Shown piece by piece: positions 55,577 to 64,000 of a stretch of DNA of 64,000 nucleotides; position 1 is the stretch's first letter; each line of letters starts with the position of its first letter. The stretch is from a virus. A program made the translations under genes and the position numbers. The stretch is from UHGV virus genome UHGV-1366990; one strand, 5' to 3'. The notes beneath the pieces are model-generated. The model saw nothing but the letters and a program-made list of their open reading frames with translations, was not told the origin of the DNA and did no database searches.

Positions 55577-56326
55577 ATGTCACAAATTTATCGTATGTTC
55601 GGGTTAGAGTTTACCCCAGCTCGCCTTGATATGAAACTCCCAAATTTTGAAAAGAGTGGATTCGAAGTCGGTTGCGTTCTGGGTTTCGATCGAAACGGAA
55701 GATCAGTTCGTGAACAAAATATTTTCGATGTTCTGGGTGTGAAACCGGACAGTGAAACAGCAATCCGCTTCGAAGAGGACATCCGTTTTGGTCATTCCGA
55801 CCTGTACGATTATGTCCGTGATGTGATCGCTGGTTATGAACACGCTAAAGCACACATGAAGATGGCCACCGATGCATGCCTGAAACTGGCGCATTGTCTA
55901 TACTTCTTTGGTCGAAAGCGTCAGAATCTCGATATGGTATTCCCATCGGAACTGCTTGAACGCTTCTCTGAAACCGAATTCCTGCTGAAGCAAGCCGACG
56001 GAGTTGCTGTCAAATCTAGTGAAGTATTCAAATACCCGATAAATCTGGTTTCTGGACATCTGCTGGTAGGGCGTGATCAGGTCGACCTGGCGATTCATCC
56101 GGATATGGAGTATGATCAGAACTCCTGTCGTGCCATCCACAACTACGTAGGTGTCATTCTAGAAAACTTGTACTCAGCCATGGAAGAAGTGATGGCAGCA
56201 GAACAACAGGAAGAAGTGATTCGTCGTATCCGCGAAGATATCGAAGGGAAGGTGAAACAGGATGTTCTAGGGGAATATCCACCAGAGTATTTCCCTGAAG
56301 TTCCAAACTTCTACTTGTCCAAATAA
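55577..56326 (+). CDS. Hypothetical protein
   Basis: 249-aa ORF. Confidence 0.6.
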   Translation: MSQIYRMFGLEFTPARLDMKLPNFEKSGFEVGCVLGFDRNGRSVREQNIFDVLGVKPDSETAIRFEEDIRFGHSDLYDYVRDVIAGYEHAKAHMKMATDACLKLAHCLYFFGRKRQNLDMVFPSELLERFSETEFLLKQADGVAVKSSEVFKYPINLVSGHLLVGRDQVDLAIHPDMEYDQNSCRAIHNYVGVILENLYSAMEEVMAAEQQEEVIRRIREDIEGKVKQDVLGEYPPEYFPEVPNFYLSK

Positions 56327-56346
56327 CTCCACTGTGAGAGGTGTGT

Positions 56347-56622
56347 ATGAAACGTTATCTGAAGCTGACGACTGTCCTTGAGTCGATCATAGAGTATTTC
56401 ATCATGCAACACCTCCGCGCTGACAACATGCATTTAGACGGTTGCCTGACGTATGACCACAAGATCATTGTCCATTCTGTTGAAGTGGTGAATGATGATC
56501 TGATGATTGCAAATGTAGAACACTGTCTGTTTGATGAGTCGGTTGATGCGTACTGCCAACCACGGTTCGCAAAAGTCGAGCTAACAAATTGTTGGCCGCC
56601 GGAAATGGTTTTTCTATATTGA
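56347..56622 (+). CDS. Hypothetical protein
   Basis: ATG at 56347 after GAGAGGTG RBS. Confidence 0.45.
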   Translation: MKRYLKLTTVLESIIEYFIMQHLRADNMHLDGCLTYDHKIIVHSVEVVNDDLMIANVEHCLFDESVDAYCQPRFAKVELTNCWPPEMVFLY

Positions 56623-56675
56623 CGTAGAAAGTTAATATTCACGCAAGTTCGCGCTCCGCTTGGTCGCGCACCTTA

Positions 56676-56701
56676 TAACACTAAGGTGTTAACTTTCTTT
56701 T
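56676..56701 (+). terminator. Rho-independent terminator
   Basis: TAACAC/GTGTTA stem followed by CTTTCTTTTC. Confidence 0.5.
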
Positions 56702-56714
56702 CAATAAAAAGTAG

Positions 56715-56743
56715 TTTACATCTATGAAAATGCAGTATATTAT
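56715..56743 (+). promoter_or_regulatory. Early-type promoter TTTACA-N17-TATTAT
   Basis: 17-bp spacing, ~70 nt upstream of ATG 56812. Confidence 0.55.
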
Positions 56744-56811
56744 GTTCTCACTACACAGTCAGAACAACAATATGCCGCGGATACGGTCTTAATAACGAAA
56801 GGGTTTTTATT

Positions 56812-57648
56812 ATGTCATATATTCTTCATGTGGATTCTGGAACCAAAATTGAAATTGAAGGCAAAGACGTTGCTGCTATTCAGGCTGAAATCAAAGAAGC
56901 AGGTCTGATCATCGGAAACGTTACCCTGCGCCGTATGGTTGAAGGTGTTCTTCAGGCTGCCAACGGCTTCGAACTGATTGAAGGCCTGAGCGCCGAAGAG
57001 AAGGAAGAAACTCAGCAGGCTCTGGCGCAAGCCCAAGAGCAAGCCCAAGCTGAAGTATCCCTGAAAGTCGCTGAAACCGTTGATGTTGAAGCACCGATCT
57101 CTGCCGATGCATGTGAAGCCCCAGTGTCAGACGCCCCGGTAGACGCGGTTGAAGATGCAGTCAACGCGGCGCTGGAAGAAGGCAATCAGCCGTCCGACGC
57201 GAAAATCGGTTCCTTGGCGTCTTCTATGCTGAAAGAAGCATCGAAGGGTAAGACCCTGACCCCACAGGCAGCGCTGGTAGAGCGTAAACGCCGTCACACC
57301 AAACGTGAGGAAATGGTTGACTTGGCTCGCGCTTCTAATCACGGTCCGGTCTTGGCGGCGATTGAAGCTGGTGTTGTCCCCGGCGTGTTCCTGAGCTACG
57401 TGAACCCAGACATGCGTTGGTTCCAGTTCCCGGTCACCGAACTGGCTAACCCTGAAAACCTTCACGCCCGCACCAATACGTATGTCGACGTTGCGCCTAT
57501 CGTTTCCGGTGGCTGGGGCTTCAGTCTGTACGTGAACGGCAAGTCCTTCACCAAACGTCAGAAGATCAAAGAGTCTGATGCTGAGTCTCTGGTTAAGGCG
57601 ATCAATAAATGGCTTCCACAGGCTCTGGCTGAAGCGAAAGCTGTGTAA
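56812..57648 (+). CDS. Hypothetical acidic protein
   Basis: 278-aa ORF with own promoter TTTACA-N17-TATTAT. Confidence 0.6.
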   Translation: MSYILHVDSGTKIEIEGKDVAAIQAEIKEAGLIIGNVTLRRMVEGVLQAANGFELIEGLSAEEKEETQQALAQAQEQAQAEVSLKVAETVDVEAPISADACEAPVSDAPVDAVEDAVNAALEEGNQPSDAKIGSLASSMLKEASKGKTLTPQAALVERKRRHTKREEMVDLARASNHGPVLAAIEAGVVPGVFLSYVNPDMRWFQFPVTELANPENLHARTNTYVDVAPIVSGGWGFSLYVNGKSFTKRQKIKESDAESLVKAINKWLPQALAEAKAV

Positions 57649-57723
57649 ATTTAAGTTCAGAAACTGTTCAATAGATGAAGGGGTTGCTATAATAGCAGCT
57701 CCTTTTGTTTATCGGAGCAGTTT

Positions 57724-58383
57724 ATGTCCTACTCCCTGAAGGGGCTGATGAAGCGCCCCGTCCACACATTCTTTAAACCACCCGTCGTAAAGGGGATCTA
57801 CCCAGCACGAGGGCAAATCTACTACGTCAAAGGCTCCAATGGTAGCGGTAAATCCACTGTGCCGTCTCAGCTGGCGGAGAGGGATCCTCAGGCGTATGTC
57901 GTGACCCATAACGGCAAGGTCATGCTGACTGTCTGTCCTTCGTTCAACGTGGTCTGTATCGGTAAATATGACAAGTCGAAGTCCAAGGGGGTTGATTCCC
58001 TGAAGGACACTGAGCAGATGTTGTTCGCGTTGTCTATTGCTGACCAACCAGAATACTTGAAATATGATGTGATTTTCGAAGGTATCATTCCATCAACATT
58101 ATTGAGTTCTTGGATCCCCCGCCTGACACGCCCGCCACGTGAATTGGTTGTGCTCTTTATGGACACTCCCCTTGAAACGTGTATCTCCCGCGTTAAATCA
58201 CGTAACGGTGGTGTGGAATTCAATGAAAGTCTGGTGGTCGAGAAGTGGGAGAGAGTTCATGACCATCGTCAACGACATAAAGACTTGTTCCCTACGGTGG
58301 CTGCGGGTATGATGAAGTCTCACGGCCTAACAGTAGACCAGGCTGTGATGGCATTCCTCTGTCGTGATTTTGGGAGTATCTGA
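57724..58383 (+). CDS. P-loop kinase (candidate nucleotide or DNA-base kinase)
   Basis: Walker A GSNGSGKST; 219 aa; immediately upstream of thymidylate-synthase-fold gene. Confidence 0.65.
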   Translation: MSYSLKGLMKRPVHTFFKPPVVKGIYPARGQIYYVKGSNGSGKSTVPSQLAERDPQAYVVTHNGKVMLTVCPSFNVVCIGKYDKSKSKGVDSLKDTEQMLFALSIADQPEYLKYDVIFEGIIPSTLLSSWIPRLTRPPRELVVLFMDTPLETCISRVKSRNGGVEFNESLVVEKWERVHDHRQRHKDLFPTVAAGMMKSHGLTVDQAVMAFLCRDFGSI

Positions 58384-59429
58384 TGGAAATCAAAGCAATT
58401 AACAACAATGACATGCTGAAGCAGGCTGTCTTGGCTATCCGTGAATTCGGGATCGAATCTGATCCTGGTAATGCTGAAATCAATACTGATAGCACCCGCT
58501 TCCTTGATGGTGTGACTATCACTGTTTCCGACATCCGTGACCGCTGGCTCTCCGTTGAAGGTCGCAACTCATCGGCTATCGCTGCCATCGGCGAGACCTT
58601 CTGGGTGTTGTCAGGCCGCAACGACATAAAGTTCCTGTCACGCGTATTGCCTCGCGCTGCTAACTTTTCGGATGATGGGGTAACATGGCGAGCTGCTTAT
58701 GGTCCGCGTCTGTACGCCCATGGCCAGCTGGATAGCGTTATCAACCGCCTGCGCAAGAACCCAAACACTCGCCAGGCGTACCTCACCATCTATGACCCGG
58801 CTCTAGATTCGGATGCTGGTCTGGCGAAGTTCAGCGAGAGCGGCGAAGCGAAGACCAAGGACATGGTGTGTAATCTGGCTCTGTTGTTCTCCATCGTTGA
58901 AGGTCGTCTGAACCTGACGGTCATCAATCGCTCACAGGATGTTCTTTGGGGGATGAGTTCAATTAACTTCATTGAGTTCTCTATTCTTCAGGAAGTGATT
59001 GCTCGGGTGCTGGACGTTGACGTCGGTCAGTACAAGCTATTCTCTAATAATCTTCATTACTACAACAATGAAGTCAGCCAGAAGCAGCTGGGAAAGATCA
59101 CGAAGGACACCAAAGTAGAAGCTGGGTTCATCAACTCCATGATTCACTTCACGAACGTGACCAACCAGAACCATATCCGCAATCTGTTCACTGGTGTGCT
59201 TCATCACTGTGATATCGGCAGCCCGTGGGAAACTGTGGTCGCCCACCTGAAGGAATATGATGCTGATCGTGGCCTGATTGTACAGATGGCGTACTGTCTG
59301 CACTGCAAACTGAACGAAAAGCTCATTAACCTGGACCTGATTCAGGACCATGGCTTGAACACCGCGCTCACCCATTCTCCGGTTGACCGCAAGATCGTTG
59401 ATCCTAAGTTCCTGGAAGGTGTAGTATGA
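58383..59429 (+). CDS. Thymidylate synthase-fold enzyme (candidate deoxypyrimidylate hydroxymethylase or thymidylate synthase)
   Basis: MVCNLALLFSIVEGRLNLTVINRSQD aligns with ThyA [26 protein letters not shown] (catalytic Cys, RSxD); same position relative to uvsX as T4 gene 42. Confidence 0.8.
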   Translation: MEIKAINNNDMLKQAVLAIREFGIESDPGNAEINTDSTRFLDGVTITVSDIRDRWLSVEGRNSSAIAAIGETFWVLSGRNDIKFLSRVLPRAANFSDDGVTWRAAYGPRLYAHGQLDSVINRLRKNPNTRQAYLTIYDPALDSDAGLAKFSESGEAKTKDMVCNLALLFSIVEGRLNLTVINRSQDVLWGMSSINFIEFSILQEVIARVLDVDVGQYKLFSNNLHYYNNEVSQKQLGKITKDTKVEAGFINSMIHFTNVTNQNHIRNLFTGVLHHCDIGSPWETVVAHLKEYDADRGLIVQMAYCLHCKLNEKLINLDLIQDHGLNTALTHSPVDRKIVDPKFLEGVV

Positions 59430-59995
59430 TGTACCCGAACCTCGAATTCTTTACGGGGCGCAAGCGCTCCGGTAAGGACTTCTGTTTGGAGTCCCTGATC
59501 AGTTATCACCACTTACAGGGTGATATGGACATCCAGCGCCTTTCGTTCTCAGATGAACTGCGCCGTGTAGCCAACTACATCTACCCATGGCTGCCAGCGG
59601 AGGTAGAGGATGCCGTGAAGGACGTTCCTTACGTGCACCCTGATAACCCCAAGGGCTTAACTCCACGGCAGATCTGGCTTCATCTAGGCAGCGATACGGG
59701 CTTGCGTTACGTACAACCCGATCTGTTCCTGGCATTCTTCAAGCGATTCCAGCTTCCTCTGGTAGAGCAGAACCCCCACGTCCATTATATCGTGAGTGAT
59801 CTGCGTACCCCTCAGGAATATGAATGGGCGCTGAGTACGAAATGTCCTATCACCCGTATTTCAAAGGCCGACCGTGCTGGTATCATAGAGGACGATATAG
59901 AGACTTTCATTGACCAAATGAAAGTGGACTACGAATTCCTCAATCCATTTGATGGTTGGGAACCGTTCGTTAAATTCTACGGAGAACGTAAATGA
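59426..59995 (+). CDS. Deoxynucleoside monophosphate kinase (gp1-like)
   Basis: FFTGRKRSGKD resembles T4 gp1 LSGVKRSGKD P-loop. Confidence 0.65.
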   Translation: MMYPNLEFFTGRKRSGKDFCLESLISYHHLQGDMDIQRLSFSDELRRVANYIYPWLPAEVEDAVKDVPYVHPDNPKGLTPRQIWLHLGSDTGLRYVQPDLFLAFFKRFQLPLVEQNPHVHYIVSDLRTPQEYEWALSTKCPITRISKADRAGIIEDDIETFIDQMKVDYEFLNPFDGWEPFVKFYGERK

Positions 59996-60546
59996 TCACA
60001 GCAGGGCATATCAAAAGCCTGCTCGAACTCCAAAAGGCCACTAACGTGGCCTACTTTGGGGAAGAGTGGAAGAATGTATGGAGTCAGAACGCAGTCATCA
60101 ACTCTATCTATCGTGAGTGGGCAGAGTTCCTTGATGAAACCACCCGTGACTGGAAGGTCTATGGCAACGACATCGGGTTTGACCATACGAACGCAGTTTA
60201 TGAACTGGTGGACGTGGTACACTTCATGTTGTGCTTCATCCTTGTGGACCGCACCAAAGGTGAGATCGAAGAAGAATTTGAAGTCCTTAGTAATCGCGAA
60301 TTCACCCCATCTGCTTTGGGTGTTGTAGGGCATCGCAATGTTACGTACCGCCTTGGGCAATTCATGAACGATCCTTGCGTTGAGACTCTCATGTTCTTCC
60401 TGTCGTCTGCGTGTTCTTATATGGAGATCGACATTGAGACTTACATACTGGCACACAAACGCAAGAACGATCGCAATCGTCTGCGTGCTTCTGGTGGCGC
60501 GGATTACGATAAGTCCGCAGAAACCCCTCTGACCCTGGAGTTCTAA
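59992..60546 (+). CDS. dUTPase/dCTPase-like nucleotide pyrophosphatase (gp56-like)
   Basis: ELVDVVHFMLCFIL resembles T4 gp56 ELVDVLHFYMNAML. Confidence 0.6.
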   Translation: MITAGHIKSLLELQKATNVAYFGEEWKNVWSQNAVINSIYREWAEFLDETTRDWKVYGNDIGFDHTNAVYELVDVVHFMLCFILVDRTKGEIEEEFEVLSNREFTPSALGVVGHRNVTYRLGQFMNDPCVETLMFFLSSACSYMEIDIETYILAHKRKNDRNRLRASGGADYDKSAETPLTLEF

Positions 60547-61088
60547 TGTTTACAGTCGTCGTTTCATACCATGCGGAGAACGCTGCTCAGGCATCCTCCA
60601 AATTCGCCGAGCACATCATCGGCGGCGGACATAATGTATTCCTTACCGAATACACCAGGCCTGTTAAACCGGGCGACGGTCTTTCGGCGACTGTTACGCA
60701 TAAGATCGCCAGCGAGCAACCAGAGTCTCTGTTCAGGATGATCGAAGAGTATGCCGGTGGTGGCATCAAGATACCAGATGAACTGGTAGACGTCTATTTT
60801 GAAGGCTCGATCTATTACATCCACGCTATGCCAAAGGATGTAACCATTGAACAGATGATGTATATCCTGAATATAGCACTGAACACTGCGTGCATCAACC
60901 GCACGAACTACAACAATCTGCGCAATATGTACCTAACCGACCGGCATAATGACGCATCGTCACTTGTTGAGACAATGTCCCTGAAGAGCATCCAAGAGGC
61001 GGTTAACATTTTGTCCCAGAAGGTTATGGGTGTAGAATTATTAACGACGATCAACAATAAAGAGGAAGTGAAATGGCCAGTTCATTAA
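60546..61088 (+). CDS. Hypothetical protein
   Basis: 180-aa ORF between pyrophosphatase and uvsX. Confidence 0.55.
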   Translation: MFTVVVSYHAENAAQASSKFAEHIIGGGHNVFLTEYTRPVKPGDGLSATVTHKIASEQPESLFRMIEEYAGGGIKIPDELVDVYFEGSIYYIHAMPKDVTIEQMMYILNIALNTACINRTNYNNLRNMYLTDRHNDASSLVETMSLKSIQEAVNILSQKVMGVELLTTINNKEEVKWPVH

Positions 61089-62158
61089 TGGACCGCATGC
61101 TGAAGGTTGCTAAGAAACACGATGACCAGGCTTCAGTGCTGTCCCAATCAGACGCTCTGGAACCGTCTATCATCTGTTCTACTGGTATTCCCCTGATCGA
61201 TATCGCATGGTCTGGGCGTATTGACGGCGGTCTGATCTCCGGTATCAAGATGATGGTGGGTGATTCCCGTACCTTCAAAACGATGTTCGGCCTGGTCGAT
61301 GTCAAGGCGTACATGGACAAGTTCCCTGATGCTATCTGCGTCTTTGCGGACTCAGAAAAGGGTGCCAACGCCGATTACTGGACCTCTATGGGCATTGACA
61401 TGGACCGCGTCCTGTACGTACCGATCGACAACGTTGAACAGACCAAGATCCGCTTGCTGCAGATCCTCCAGGAAGTCAAGAAAGGCGACCATGTTATAAT
61501 CTTCATCGACTCTATCAGCCAACTTCCCTCCACCAAGGAAGTTGAAGATGCGATCAAAGGGAACGACACTCAAGACATGACCCGCGCCCGTGCCCTCAAC
61601 AGCTTCTGGCGTGTCATGACTCCCGAAATCAACAGCAAAAATCTCGTGTGTGTTTGGATCAACTCCTATTACGATGAGATCGGCAACCAGTATGCCGAGC
61701 CTAACATCAAAGGCGGCAAACAGGGCTTCTTATCCTCCAACTTGATATGGTTTATCACCCGTTCTCAGGTGAAGGAAGACAAAGATCTGCTAGGCTGGAA
61801 CTTCAACATAAGCATCATGAAAGGCCGCCATGTCAAAGAAAAAGCCAAGCTCCCTGTGACGGTACTGTACAACGGTGGTATTGATCGCTGGAGCGGCCTG
61901 CTTGAGATCGCTCGTGCTCTGGGTTATGTTGATATGCCGTCTTCCGGTTGGTATGTGCGTACAGCCAAGGGTGGTTTCGATCCTGAGAAGGAAAAGAAAT
62001 ATCAGAAGCGTCAGATGGGTGATGATTTCTGGTATCCGCTGCTGGAGAATGTCAACTTCGCCGATGACGTGAAGAAAATGTTCGGTGTTTCTAACGGTAC
62101 TGTTATGCCTGCTAACATGCTGGAGCAAATGGACCATGTTATTAACACAAGCGAATAA
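61073..62158 (+). CDS. uvsX: UvsX RecA-like recombinase
   Basis: Extended similarity to T4 UvsX (FIDSISQLPSTKEVEDAIKG..DMTRARALNSFWRV). Confidence 0.85.
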   Translation: MASSLMDRMLKVAKKHDDQASVLSQSDALEPSIICSTGIPLIDIAWSGRIDGGLISGIKMMVGDSRTFKTMFGLVDVKAYMDKFPDAICVFADSEKGANADYWTSMGIDMDRVLYVPIDNVEQTKIRLLQILQEVKKGDHVIIFIDSISQLPSTKEVEDAIKGNDTQDMTRARALNSFWRVMTPEINSKNLVCVWINSYYDEIGNQYAEPNIKGGKQGFLSSNLIWFITRSQVKEDKDLLGWNFNISIMKGRHVKEKAKLPVTVLYNGGIDRWSGLLEIARALGYVDMPSSGWYVRTAKGGFDPEKEKKYQKRQMGDDFWYPLLENVNFADDVKKMFGVSNGTVMPANMLEQMDHVINTSE

Positions 62159-62465
62159 CAGTGGAGGGGGAGGAGACTCCCCCAATAACTACACAATCAT
62201 CGACCCTGGTGCTGATCAGCTGGCGATCATCAAGATCACTTCTGGCAAATTCCGTGGTGTTCAATTCCGGTTCGGCAAGGTGGCCATCAACGAAGTGGAC
62301 GGCGAACCCCGCCTGTCTTTCGTGACTGATATATTGAAGAAACCATTGCGTCTGATGTTTGTGGATTTGAAAGAAAATGACTTGTTCACTGAGGTGTCAG
62401 GGGATATCCTTGTAGACCTCATGCAGCGTAATGCTCAGGAATATAATAAATTTTTGGTGGGGTAG
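62136..62465 (+). CDS. Hypothetical protein (start uncertain)
   Basis: C-terminal part of ORF 62085..62465 looks protein-like; sits where T4 has gene 40. Confidence 0.4.
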   Translation: MLLTQANNSGGGGDSPNNYTIIDPGADQLAIIKITSGKFRGVQFRFGKVAINEVDGEPRLSFVTDILKKPLRLMFVDLKENDLFTEVSGDILVDLMQRNAQEYNKFLVG

Positions 62466-62471
62466 TGGCCA

Positions 62472-63896
62472 ATGTTACTCGAATCTGTCGTGCTTTCACA
62501 GTTGATTTACAATGAAGATTACCAAAGAAAGATCCTGCCGTACCTGAAAGCCGATTATTTTGACAACGAAGGCGAAAAGGTCATCTTTGGTCTGATTGAC
62601 AGTTATACCTCAGAGTACAATGCCCGCCCGTCTGTCGAAGCACTATCTATCATTCTTGAACGGACAAAGCTGAACGAATATGTGTTTGACCAGGCGGTAA
62701 CTGCCCTGGAGAACATCAACGACAACACCTTCAATGAAGAGTGGCTGGCGAAGGAAACCGAGGCTTGGGCGCGACAAAAGGCCGTACACAACGCAATCAA
62801 GACTGCCGTTAACATCTACGGTGACGAGAAGCGCAAGGACGAGATGAACAACATCCCGACCATGTTGCAGGAAGCCTTGGCTATCCGGTTTGATTCATAC
62901 CTCGGTCATATCTATTGGGAGATGGCGGCAGAGCAGTATGACCACATGAACTCCAATGAGGCCAAGATCCCGTTCGCAGTTGAGATCTTCAATAAGGCGA
63001 CACGTGGTGGCGTTGGTAAGAAGACACTGAACATCGTAACAGGTGCGATCAACGCAGGTAAGACCACAACGCTGATTGACCTGACCGCAGGGTACTCGGA
63101 GCAGGGGCTGAACGTCTTTGTCTTCACCCTTGAAGTGGCCGAGAACGTCTGGCGACACCGTCTTGATGCCCGTATCATGCGTCGCGACTTTGAGTCTTTA
63201 GAGAAACTCACAAGGCACGAGTATATTGCAACGATAGAGAAGCTCCGCAGTCGCCAAGACGGTGCACCCAAGGGTGATATCGTCATCAAGGAATATCCTT
63301 CCGGTGCTGGACACACAGGTTTATTCCGCCGCGATATCCTTGAGTACATCCAGGCAACAGGTCGTGCTCCCGATGTTATCGTTATTGACTATCTTGGCGA
63401 AGCTGCTTCCTCGCGCCTGCCTGCCCACCTGATGCAGAACACGAACGTCTATTACACGTCTGTGGCTCGTGAGTTTCGTGCTCTTGGATTTGAGTTTGAT
63501 GTCCCTGTATGGACTGGTATGCAGTTCAATCGTGAGAATCAGAATAGCACTGATGGCGGAATCAGTGATTTGGCAGATGCTATCGGTATTCCGAAGGTGG
63601 CCGACTTCATCATGGCATTCTATGCTCCTGACGAACTGGCGGCGGTCAAGAAAGCCCGAGCCTCAATACTCAAGAACCGTTATGCCAACAAGCAGAAGCT
63701 GAAATCATTCCTGTTTGGTATGGACCAAGACAAACAGATCCTGTTTGACCTGGACTGGAATGAAGTTAAGAAGGACCTGACTGAGGCTGAGGCCAAATAT
63801 GTCGAAAACGTACACATCAAACATGACCTCAACAAGTCCGGGGCTGCTGCCAGCGATGAGCAGAAAGCCCAAACAGTCAATAATTGGAAATTCTAG
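62472..63896 (+). CDS. 41: Replicative DnaB-like helicase (gp41-like)
   Basis: Walker A GAINAGKTT; follows uvsX as in T4. Confidence 0.85.
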   Translation: MLLESVVLSQLIYNEDYQRKILPYLKADYFDNEGEKVIFGLIDSYTSEYNARPSVEALSIILERTKLNEYVFDQAVTALENINDNTFNEEWLAKETEAWARQKAVHNAIKTAVNIYGDEKRKDEMNNIPTMLQEALAIRFDSYLGHIYWEMAAEQYDHMNSNEAKIPFAVEIFNKATRGGVGKKTLNIVTGAINAGKTTTLIDLTAGYSEQGLNVFVFTLEVAENVWRHRLDARIMRRDFESLEKLTRHEYIATIEKLRSRQDGAPKGDIVIKEYPSGAGHTGLFRRDILEYIQATGRAPDVIVIDYLGEAASSRLPAHLMQNTNVYYTSVAREFRALGFEFDVPVWTGMQFNRENQNSTDGGISDLADAIGIPKVADFIMAFYAPDELAAVKKARASILKNRYANKQKLKSFLFGMDQDKQILFDLDWNEVKKDLTEAEAKYVENVHIKHDLNKSGAAASDEQKAQTVNNWKF

Positions 63897-63900
63897 GTAA

Positions 63901-63928
63901 TTCAATAAAGCGGGTCATAGGGTATAAT
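63901..63928 (+). promoter_or_regulatory. Promoter TTCAAT-N16-TATAAT
   Basis: Perfect -10, 33 nt upstream of ATG 63961. Confidence 0.5.
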
Positions 63929-63960
63929 TCTATGATCTGAATATAAACCAGGAGCACATC

Positions 63961-64000
63961 ATGTCACACAATGATTTTATGGCTGGCCTGGTGCAGGCCG
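63961..64000 (+). CDS. Hypothetical protein, 3'-truncated at window edge
   Basis: ATG at 63961 downstream of TTCAAT-N16-TATAAT promoter and GGAG RBS. Confidence 0.35.
   Translation, partial: MSHNDFMAGLVQA

Noticed and set aside
1-64000. Search for tRNA genes, CRISPR arrays, integrase or transposase genes and group I introns
   Set aside because: No cloverleaf-compatible GTTC-containing candidates were seen in the intergenic regions, no regularly spaced repeats, no recombinase motifs, and nrdA/nrdB reading frames are uninterrupted; a proper tRNAscan or covariance-model scan was not possible here

Overview
This 64-kb window reads as part of a large virulent dsDNA phage of a Gram-negative host, carrying a T4-like replication, recombination and nucleotide-metabolism core. 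All calls rest on reading the supplied six-frame translations and the nucleotide sequence by eye; no database search, HMM or folding program was run. Recognisable genes include UvsW, the gp45 sliding clamp, gp44/gp62 clamp loader, RegA, a gp55-like late sigma factor, gp47/gp46 (Mre11/Rad50-like), gp61 primase, NrdA/NrdB plus glutaredoxin, gp32, UvsX and gp41 helicase. Between these lie many hypothetical genes, almost all on the + strand and tightly packed with frequent ATGA/TAATG overlaps. A few late-type genes sit on the - strand (gp25-like and gp5-like baseplate proteins and three unknowns); three of them have a TATAAATA-type late promoter about 35 nt upstream of the start codon. Plus-strand genes are preceded by sigma70-like promoters (TTTACT-N17-TATNNT), often fused to the upstream terminator hairpin. 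The most interesting candidates are: (1) a pyrimidine-modification module next to uvsX (thymidylate-synthase-fold enzyme, two P-loop kinases, a dUTPase/dCTPase-like pyrophosphatase); (2) an acyl-carrier-protein-like gene whose phosphopantetheine-site serine is replaced by glutamate, directly downstream of a large vWA-domain protein; and (3) a 6-kb block of large unknown proteins where T4 carries gene 43. No tRNA, rRNA, CRISPR array, transposase or integrase was recognised.
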